Assembly (NCBI GenBank): GCA_951406725.2
Contig: OX597815.1
Span: 52,824,001-52,888,000 of the forward strand
Reading direction: 5' to 3'
Source of the DNA: Octopus vulgaris
Lineage: Eukaryota
Length of the DNA: 64,000 nt
In this document: in pieces, positions 54,903 to 64,000 of the stretch
Numbering within the stretch: position 1 is the stretch's first letter
How the letters are laid out: every line of letters starts with the position of its first letter
The notes under the pieces: generated by a model
Database searches by the model: none
What the model saw: the letters and a program-made list of their open reading frames with translations, nothing else
What the model was told of the DNA's origin: nothing
Made by a program: the position numbers and the translations under genes

Positions 54903-54942
<40 letters not shown>

Positions 54943-55006
54943 CCATATGATTACATATGATAAACATGTAATCATATGGCTATTTATATTTGTGTGTAAA
55001 TGTATT

Positions 55007-55056
<50 letters not shown>

Positions 55057-55484
55057 ATACATATATATATATGAATGTGTGTATATATGTATGTGTGTCT
55101 GTGTGCGTAGATATGTATATATTTGAGTTTTGTCATCTCAGTCTATATAACTTAATTTCGAAAATTGATTATTAGTGAAGTAATTCTACATTTCTTCATT
55201 TTCGTGCATATTCTTGTAGTTACTGATAAATTTATCATTATACTAGTATTTAATATTAATTACATATCAGAAATAAGATGTCTTCATTATACTAAATGAA
55301 TGGGTGTATAAATACGCTTATTTCATTTATTAATTAATTTATGATAATTATGATAATAATAATGATAATAATTAGTTTCATTTGACTTACTAAATTTAAT
55401 GACCAAAATAATAATTATTATAGTATTGTATAATATATAAATTGTATTCTTATTACAACAATGATGTTTGTTACTTCTGAAAGT

Positions 55485-56748
55485 TTTGGTAAGTTTGGAT
55501 ACGCACTATGTATGGTCCCTCATTTTGTAGATAATTATATTGATTAGTTCATCGAGAACAGTCCTTATTACTTTTGGTTTATATTAATGATTTCTATCGA
55601 TTCACTAAATTCTCCCTTCCATAATATAACAATCATTATTTTAAGTAACTTCAAATCTGGTTAACCCCCCCAAAAATTAGTAAATTTGATTTCCATTACT
55701 ATAGCCTAAATATATATATATATCTATGGGGTACTTTGATCATCGCATTTACAGCGTTAAGTTTATATTAATGTTTATTACGGAATTCTCCCTACGATAA
55801 ATTAAGTAAACAAGGAAAATTTATATTAGGTTTCTATTCATATTTACTACAGAATTTTCCCTCCGAGAAAGCAATAAATATAGATTATTATTACTTAATT
55901 TAGGCAATAATTTGTTTATATCAATTAATTTAAATAAACGGAAGAGTTGTATTGAAGATGTAATTGTTTAGATATTTTTTTGTTGCAGTTATACATAGGG
56001 GAAGACTTAGATACTTGATTATATACATATATATTTATACACACATATTTTGTTGTATGTTGTGGTAACGAGGGACTGTCTTGGACATGGAAAAGTTTCG
56101 ATTGGTATGTGTTTGAGATGTAATGAAGTGAAATTCGTTGGTTGTGGATTGCACTTACTTGGTTGTATCGTCCGTTAGAGTGTTTTTGTCGTTTTTTAAT
56201 TGTAATTGATGTGTGATTGAATAGTTAACGCTCACGACGTTCATAATGCATAGACATTTGAATTAACTTTTACAATCCAACAGTCTATCTTTAAACCATG
56301 GCCCTGAAGTAACTTATATATAAGAGAGCTGTATGTATATCAGAAAATTCATATAAGTCGAAACAATTTGTTGGCCTTTATGTTTTTTTAATAATTGTTT
56401 ATGTTATGTTATATTTATCGTATATCATATATTATTATAATATAATTAAATTATTAGATTGTCAATAGTATCTCTTTATTTGATTTATCTTTGTAAGTGC
56501 ATTATACTCATATTTTTATGGTAATCAACTGACATACCAATGGATTGGATGTTTAATACGCATCTGTGAAAGATCTCTTTTCCTCGGGGTCGTTCTTTAT
56601 GTTTGGTAAGTTTGGATACGCACTATGTATGGTCCCTCATTTTGTAAATAACTATATTGATTAGTTCATCGAGAACAGTCCTTATTACTTTTGGTTTATA
56701 TTAATGATTTCTATCGATTCACTAAATTCTCCCTTCCATAATATAACA
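55485..56748 (+). mobile_element. Terminally redundant non-coding unit (1117 bp period, 147 bp direct repeat) with an HHR relic
   Basis: 55485-55631 is nearly identical to 56602-56748. HHR-like GGCC-CTGAAGT-AACTTATAT..ATATAAGTC-GAAA-CAATTTG-TT-GGCC at 56300-56376. Confidence 0.7.
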
Positions 56749-57523
56749 GTGTCTTTCGTTGTTCAAAAGAATAGTTCATGTTCCATGTACTCGTGGTTCG
56801 TAATTTTTTGTTGTATACGTTTCGTGACGTCCCGTGCCAACATATGCACATATATATATATACACATACATATATACATTATGTATATTATTATATGACT
56901 GAACGCTATGCACCCTCTTCCAAGTAAGTTTTATCATAATAATTCTGATGCACACCCTATACAATCATTTTACTCTTTCGTTTTTCTCTCTTTCTCACTC
57001 TCTCTCTTATTCTCTTACCTCCTCTTCTCCCTCTATTCTTTCCTATTACTCTGTCGCTCTCTCATCCTCACTCCTTTTCCCTTGTTCAAGTGGTTCCCAC
57101 GTGACCAACGACCATCTTTCTTCTAACTTGTGTTTCTTTCTTTCTCTCCGTTGTAGCTGGAATAAGGAAGACGTGTTCTTGTTTGTCTCCTGTCCAAGCT
57201 TCATTTACGCGTTCGCCACCGCAACCACGTTTAGACTTAGCAGCGCTTCCTGTTTGTTTTTACTGTCTTGTTTTACCAATTTTGACCCTCCATAAAATTC
57301 CACATTTTCTTTAATTTGCTTTGCGGGAGCAACTGTTTTATCGAAAGCGCATATTGTTGTTAAATGCTCGAAATACGAGACTAGAAAAACAGCCAACAGC
57401 TGATGAAAGGTCGATCTTTATGTTGTTTGTTTTGTTTTCCATTTGTGTCTTTAGTTGTTTGAAAGAATAGTTCATGTTCCATGTACTCGTGCTTTGTATT
57501 TTTTTGTTGTACACGTTTCGTGC
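56749..57523 (+). mobile_element. Terminally redundant non-coding unit (~696 bp period), same family as 63590-64000
   Basis: 56749-56826 is repeated at 57445-57522. 57230-57500 aligns with the reverse complement of 63650-63960. Confidence 0.65.
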
Positions 57524-57599
57524 ATATATATATATATATATGAGTTTGTGTGTGTGTAGATGTAAGTATATGCATATACGTATGCATATATAGATTATT

Positions 57600-57662
<63 letters not shown>

Positions 57663-57706
57663 TATGCGTGTATGTAAATGTTTATGCGTATCCTTGTATA
57701 TATATG

Positions 57707-57770
<64 letters not shown>

Positions 57771-57774
57771 CATA

Positions 57775-57817
<43 letters not shown>

Positions 57818-58164
57818 GTATGTATGTATATGTATGTATGTGTATATATATATACATATATAGGTCGTCCATCGCTAATTCAGCAACCACTAATCTGGCT
57901 CCATCCTTAATCAAATTTCAACTGACCTAATTTTAACCTCAAATTTACCAACTTACCGCATCAACCTGCTTTTAATGTTTGTTGGTGCTACTTGTTTTAT
58001 ATGCACCATTATCTGTATTAATTACAAAAAGGGGCAAGGTTTTCAAATTTGTTTTGTCCCATTTATTATTGCAACTTCTTCCTTTCTAGCCTCAGCTATG
58101 ATTCCCTTAAATAAAATAAGGCTTCTTGTTGAGTATAAATATCGGACATTGTCTATTAAAACTA

Positions 58165-59056
58165 TCGTGCTGAGTCAAACGTTTTGCCATATTTTGCTAA
58201 CTTGTTTTCTTTATTTGTCAACTTAAAACAAAAGCAGCGTAGTATTCAAAGTAGAGGCCGTTGTCTTGCACTATCTGTAACCACTTTTCTGTCGGTTCTT
58301 TGATCCCACGTTGATACTAGTTATTATCCTTCGAGGCGAATAAATCCTTTACTGAAGCTTCCTCCTCTGCTTCGTTGATGAAGCTTCGTTAGCGCTCAAA
58401 GTGAGACATGAATTGGAACATATAATAATCCGAGGGAGATAATTTTCCGCAATCCTAACATACATAAGCAGTAGTTAAGCGAGGGCCAGCTTCTGGAACC
58501 TGTAGCTAAAAATGGGCGTTTCGAACATAAGGTAATGCTCCGGGTCTGGTGGAATTATTATGGAACAATTCACTACGAAATCGTTCCGAACCATCGATGC
58601 AAACCTGTGCTCCGAACGGCTGGAGTGGATGCGGCTAAAATGTCCGGCATTAGTTAACAGAAAGCGAGCTGTTCTGCAGCAAGGTAACACAAGACCTCAA
58701 TACCGCTTGACCGACTAGGCATAAACTTTCGGAACATGAGAGAATTGGACTGATGCTACACCCAGCTTATAGTCCGGACCTAACACCCTCAGTTTATCAC
58801 TCGTTCCTATCCATGGCTCAGTTTCTGCGCTCGTGTCGCTTCATCAACCAAGACGAGGTAGAAGTTTCAGTGAAGGCGTTCTTCACCCCAAAATACGAGA
58901 ACGGGTATCAGTATGAAATCAAAGAACAGACAGAAACTGGCTTCAGACACTGCAACACGTTGGCTTCTACTTCGAATGCTTGGCTGCTTTTGTTTTAAAT
59001 TGACAAATAAAGCAATTAATTTACCAAGATATAACAAAACTTTTGACTCAACACAA
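58165..59056. mobile_element. Mariner derivative built from two inverted 3' ends
   Basis: TA-flanked TIR-like ends (TCGTGCTGAGTCAAACGTTTTG / CAAAACTTTTGACTCAACACAA). Transposase C-terminus on + (HPAYSPDLTPSVYHSFLSM) and again on - at ~58230-58440. Confidence 0.8.
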
Positions 59057-59209
59057 TAACGTTGAACGTTTGAAGAAATACTTGACAACAGTGTATCAGT
59101 AAACAGTGTGAGGAAGTTGTACAGAATTAGCTTTTCCATAATTTATGACATTAAGAAACAGACCTGAAGCACCTAATTTTCTTTGTTTGTTTCTTCCTTC
59201 TGACAGTAA

Positions 59210-59540
59210 TTCAAAGACACATTAATGTAAAAGGAAAACAATGGTAGAATTAGAGCAAGTTTTGATGGAATGGTTTTTTTTATTATGTATAAGTGAAGGT
59301 GTTAAAGTTATTAGGAGATTTAATGAAGGATCACGTCCCAATATTTATTAATGAATTAGGTCTAGATTATGAATGCGATTTCGCTCCAACGTTTCAAGTA
59401 TCGACATATCTTAACGTTCTGTGTTGTGTGTGAAGAAAAGCGTTCAGCAGATAGGAAATAAACGTTAAATTTGTTGACAAACTTGCGATGTTAGTTTCAG
59501 ATGAAAATATAAATTCTGAGTATAACATTAAACACAAAGA
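59210..59540 (+). pseudogene. Degenerate pogo/Tigger-like (CENP-B HTH) transposase fragment
   Basis: Echoes of ELEQVL.EWF and QRFKYRHI across frames. Confidence 0.4.
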
Positions 59541-60431
59541 ACAGTGACAACTGAGGATATAGAATCATCAACAGGTTATAAAGCATCAATGATCTTGTCA
59601 CTTTTGTTGGGCTGCTCTGACGCCGCAGGAACATATAGGTATAAGTTGTTTCTTATTGGTAAAAGTTTATACCTATAAACGACGCATTATCAATTAGAAA
59701 CTACGATAAATTATAGTTAGACGTTCTTTTGTAGTATCTAAATATCTTTGTCTTCCAATGTATAGCAGTAAAATACATAATTACTCACCGAACACTCTAA
59801 CACGCTAACACACGCAAACACACCACACACACGCGCGCGCAAACACACCACACACACACACGCGCACACACCACACACACACACGCACACACATACAGCA
59901 TGCACGCACATACACACACATACACTCACACAGTTATGGTATATTCTGTAAAGAACGTTGTAGAGTTCGATATATAGCTCGTCCACCTTCAGATTTACCC
60001 TGTGCCAACTAGTAGTAGTATTATACGTACTTCCACGTTTGTGTTTGGGCATCTGTCTCATTAGAGATAGCTGCTATGCAATGAAATATATCATATATAT
60101 ATATATAGCTATAATGTATATTTATATATATATTTATATACCAACCAGAAACAGCGGTTTGGGAATCTGGTAAAGAGAAGCACTGGGCAGATATAGTGTT
60201 TTTATACCTTTTACCTTCAGAAAGAATCGTTTCTCCACGGGAAGTGCTGCTGTGAATTTGTCTTTAGAAGTTGAAATACATACCAAACACATTTTAACGA
60301 AATTGAAGTTTGTTTATTCCTAATCTTTGCTGGGCGCCGATGGTGTTATTATATATATATTCTTTCTGTAATTTCAACTAGAGCTGCGGCCACACACACA
60401 CACGTATATATGCAACATATATATATATGCA

Positions 60432-60519
<88 letters not shown>

Positions 60520-60531
60520 GTGTGTGTGTGT

Positions 60532-60887
60532 GGAGGCGCAATGGCCCAGTGGTTAGGGCAGCGGACTCGCGGTCATAGGATCGCGGTTTCGATTCCCAGA
60601 CCGGGCGTCGTGAGTGTTTATTGAGCGAAAACACCTAAAAGCTCCACGAGGCTCCGGCAGGGGATGGTGGTGATCCCTGCTGTACTCTTTCACCACAACT
60701 TTCTCTCACTCTTACTTCCTGTTTCTGTTGTACCTGTATTTCAAGGGGCCTATCCCCGAGAACTACGTTAAGGGTGCACGTGTCTGTGGAGTGCTCAGCC
60801 ACTTACACGTTAATTTCACGAGCAGGCTGTTCCGTTGATTCGGATCAACCGGAACCCTCATCGTCGTAACCGACGGAGTGCTTCCAT

Positions 60888-60890
<3 letters not shown>
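60532..60890 (+). mobile_element. Well-preserved tRNA-derived SINE (family D)
   Basis: A box TGGCCCAGTGG, B box GGTTTCGATTCC. Tail shared with 30340-30520. Confidence 0.88.
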
Positions 60891-60931
<41 letters not shown>

Positions 60932-61105
60932 ATAAATATTAGGGAATAAATCCAAATTTACAGGGAAAAAATCAGATTTAAGATTAAATCCAATTTTATA
61001 GTAAAATATTATATAATATTATTAGAGACAAAACCACTATTTTGCAAAACAAACAAGGAAAGACTTAATCAATACATAAAATTTTAATAAAAAGTCAAAA
61101 AAACC

Positions 61106-61151
61106 GCCACTACAATTGTTTCTTGTCTTGATCGACAATCTTCAGGTGGGC
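61106..61151 (-). ncRNA. Intact minimal HHR (stem III CAATTG)
   Basis: Reverse complement of 61542-61587. Confidence 0.88.
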
Positions 61152-61541
61152 TTCCAATCCCTGTGTAGAATTTACATCTCAAATAAAGCCGTCCATAACG
61201 ATAAGATGTGACCAACATATAAAAAAGCTTAGCCAGGGTTCACGGGTAGACAGACACCTTGCGAAACGAATATTCCTTTCTTTTTCTTTTTTTTTAATTA
61301 ATTCATTTGATACGTTTAAATTCTTTTGGTAAGTTTACTTTATATAAACATATTAAGAATTCCGTTTAATGTCTCTCAATGATGTATACAGGGTATATAT
61401 ATTTATGTGGCTTTAACTAAACTTCATTTAAAAAGCCTGCCGATTAGTGCGCACGCCTTCCATTCTGTACGGATAGCAACTCGATCCCTTATCGTTATGG
61501 ACGGCTTTATTTGAGATGTAAATTCTACACAGGGATTGGAA

Positions 61542-61587
61542 GCCCACCTGAAGATTGTCGATCAAGACAAGAAACAATTGTAGTGGC
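61542..61587 (+). ncRNA. Intact minimal HHR (stem III CAATTG)
   Basis: CCAC-CTGAAGA-TTGTC-GATCAA-GACAA-GAAA-CAATTG-TA^-GTGG. Confidence 0.9.
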
Positions 61588-61671
61588 GGTTTTTTTGACT
61601 TTTTATTAAAATTTTATGTATTGATTAAGTCTTTCCTTGTTTGTTTTGCAAAATAGTGGTTTTGTCTCTAA

Positions 61672-61725
<54 letters not shown>

Positions 61726-61803
61726 GGGTTTAGCTCACTTCTGATCTAAACGAATAACACTTACGCTGAGTAAGTGTTATATTTGGTCGACCATTAGGTT
61801 CCA

Positions 61804-61867
61804 AGAATCCTAACACGGATCCCTAGATCTAGCTAAAGCTAGATCTAGGGATCCGTGTTAGGATTCT
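61804..61867. repeat. Perfect 31 bp-arm palindrome (2 nt spacer)
   Basis: AGAATCCTAACACGGATCCCTAGATCTAGCT-AA-AGCTAGATCTAGGGATCCGTGTTAGGATTCT. Confidence 0.95.
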
Positions 61868-61978
61868 GTTATACCATGCATATATTATATTAGAGGAAAA
61901 ATCAAACTTGAGATACTCGTTCTGACTTGATTCTGGTTTTTCTTCTAATATTTATATATATATATACATATATATATA

Positions 61979-62500
61979 TAACGGGAAGGTTTACGAAAAT
62001 AAACAAAAGACGAAGACAGGTGGAGTACAAACAAACAAATGTATTAGTATGGCGCTCAGGAATAGAAATAGAACAAGTTTTTTACGTTTCGAGCCTACGC
62101 TCTTCGACAGAAAGATACACAGAAAAAAAACAAGGAGAGAAAAAAATGCGTGTAGGGGCTAACGATCTATCATGGCGTTCTGACTTCAGGCAGAGTTCAG
62201 AGGTCAGACGTTAGACGCTAGAGGGACAGTAGAGGAGATAACAGGGTCAAGTGACTTCCAAAACGAAGGTGGCCCCAACACGAAGATGCGTGTGTGTATA
62301 AGAGAGTATGTATGTGCGTGTGAAAGAGGGCTGGTGGTCTGGACGTGTGTATGTATGTATGTATGTGTGAGTGTGGAGATATGGGGATGGGTGTGTGGGT
62401 GGTGTGTTGTGATGTGATGTGTAATATTGTATGGTGTAGTGTAGTGTGGTGTGATGTTGTGGGGAAGTGGGGGGGCGAGAGTGGGGAAAGCCATGTGGGG
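61979..62500 (-). mobile_element. Neptune-type PLE 3' end/pLTR with variant HHR, in (TA)n
   Basis: HHR-like TTT-CTGTCGA-A-GAGC-GTAG-GCTC-GAAA-CG-TA-AAA at 62078-62115. Shares CGCTCAGGAA and layout with 5828-6000. The same terminus occurs at ~31978. Confidence 0.6.
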
Positions 62501-62522
62501 TATATATATATATATACATATT

Positions 62523-62553
<31 letters not shown>

Positions 62554-62579
62554 CATGTATATATATATATTATTTTAAA

Positions 62580-63560
62580 TTTATTTTTATTTTATCTTAT
62601 CTAGTTTCAGCTCACGAGCTGCGGCCATGCTGGGGCACCGCCATTTGGTGTTGCTACATGATTTTACTTCACGAATGCTTTTTAGCAACTGCCATTTGGT
62701 GCATGAGAGAGTTCGATGCAGCTGCCCTCATCTGCACCTCCTGCCGTAAAGTTGGTTCATCCGGGACACCTGACAGGAAGAGATCCAGTTCTACTTTAAA
62801 GACATCCGCATCCACCGCAGGTCCCTCAGGTTCTTCGGGAGGATATTGAAGAGCTGTGGGCCTCTGAAGCCCAGGCTATCACAGTATCTTGTCCTACATC
62901 TTGATGGCAAATTTGGAGTCCTTGGCACCACGCAGTGGCGCCCAGTTCTGGCATTTGTGTAACTCTCGATGCCAAAGTTTGGGACAAGTCCTTCCAGGAT
63001 CTTCCAGATGTATATTATGGCATATCTTTCTCGCCTACGCTCCAAGGAATAGAGTTTTAATCTCTTGAGTCTTTCCCAGTAGCTTACATGCTGCACAGAG
63101 GCTATCTTCTTCGTGTAGCTTCGTTGGATCGCCTCAAATTCTGTGATCAACTTGACACTGGATGGTGACCATAGCTGAGAGCAATATTCAAAGTGGCTTA
63201 GGACAAGTGTCCTCCAGAGGACCATCATGATTTCTTGTTCTCTTGCTCTAAAGGTTCTAAGAATCCATCCGGCCAGCCGTCTACATTTCATTGCCAATTT
63301 AGCAACATGTACATGAAAGGTTGCGTCATCACTCATGTAAATACCCAGGTCACGCACTGATTGTGCCTCTGAGATTGCAATCCCTCCGGGTCCAGTGTAT
63401 TCATTGGGTATTGCATTTAGTTTTGCATGCTGATAGCATAAAGCTTGAAACTTTTCAGCATTGAACTGCATGCTATTCTTTTCAGCCCACTTGTATATTT
63501 TGTCCAGCTCACATTGTCTTCAGGGTTCTGTATTGCCTGTGAAACTTTTGTATCATCTAC
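62580..63560 (-). mobile_element. 5'-truncated CR1-group LINE 3' end
   Basis: FYVDDTK, MQFNAEKFQ, RDLGI, LSHFEYCSQLWSP, EAIQRSYTKKI, YWERLKRLKLYSLERRRERY; tail GGCGGTGCCCCAGCATGGCCGCAGC..CTGAAACTAGATAAGATAAAATAAAA. Confidence 0.92.
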
Positions 63561-63589
63561 ATAAAATGAATATATGCATATATACATAC

Positions 63590-64000
63590 ATATATGTACA
63601 TACCAACATCTATATGTATATATACATGCATATATTGGTACAGGACATAAAAAAACGCTGAACACAATGAGAATCGAAAACATAAAAACAAAAACATAGA
63701 AAACGAACTTTCTTTCGAACAACGGAAAAAACAAACAGAAACGATACTTGCAGCATAAAGAATATTCCCCTTTATCAGTTGTGCCTGTTTCAACTACTCC
63801 GCGTTCGAAGGCAAGGACAATATGCGACTTCATTGAAACAATCCTTCCCGCAAAGGAAATTAAGTAAAATTTGGAATTTTTGTGGAGGGTGAAAGTGGTA
63901 ACAAGAACAGGACAGTAAGAACAAGACAGTAAAAACAAACGGTGAGGGCTGTTAAGCTAAGAAGATAGAAAAATTATTATGAACGCTAGGAGGACGAGCT
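63590..64000 (-). mobile_element. Non-coding repeat homologous to 56749-57523, runs off the window
   Basis: Shared TTTACTGTCTTG..ACCCTCCA.AAAATTCC..TTAATTT.CTTTGCGGGA..CGCATATTGT..CTGAT.AA.GG..CTTTATG. Confidence 0.7.

Larger units (their letters stand above)
54207..54903 (-). mobile_element. Tandem ~1.7-mer of a ~403 bp non-coding unit, each copy with an HHR
   Basis: 54207-54466 aligns with 54610-54903 with indels. Ends at (TA)n. Confidence 0.8.
60927..61683. mobile_element. pLTR-like unit with a ~196 bp near-perfect inverted duplication, HHR in each arm
   Basis: 61010-61205 is the reverse complement of 61488-61683. Flanked by (TA)n. Confidence 0.88.

Noticed and set aside
55485-56748. LTR retrotransposon or TRIM
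   Set aside because: The repeats lack TG..CA ends, and no PBS, PPT or TSD is evident.
60535-60610. tRNA gene
   Set aside because: A and B boxes are present, but there is no proper cloverleaf and the sequence continues into a SINE body and tail.

Overview
AT-rich, microsatellite-laden animal DNA. The SINE and LINE families resemble those of octopus/coleoid cephalopods (inferred from family recognition, not a database hit). No host protein-coding gene is supported, and most listed ORFs are translations of (TA)n/(CA)n/(CATA)n/(AAT)n repeats. The window is a patchwork of mobile elements: Penelope-like elements (one readable Naiad-type RT+GIY-YIG copy, older Naiad relics, Neptune-type 3' ends), R4/Dong, CR1-group, RTE and L1/Tx1 LINEs, three mariner derivatives, Helitron-type non-autonomous elements and many tRNA-derived SINEs. 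The main signal outside the ORF track is about a dozen type I minimal hammerhead ribozyme (HHR) motifs, many with a palindromic stem III. They occur in Penelope 3' ends and in several unrelated, non-coding, terminally redundant or inverted units that mostly abut (TA)n tracts. This suggests a diverse retrozyme-like system that may be mobilised by Penelope-like RT. Also notable: a Tx1 element inserted into the 5' tip of a related Tx1 element, and SINEs sharing their 3' tail with a LINE in the same window.
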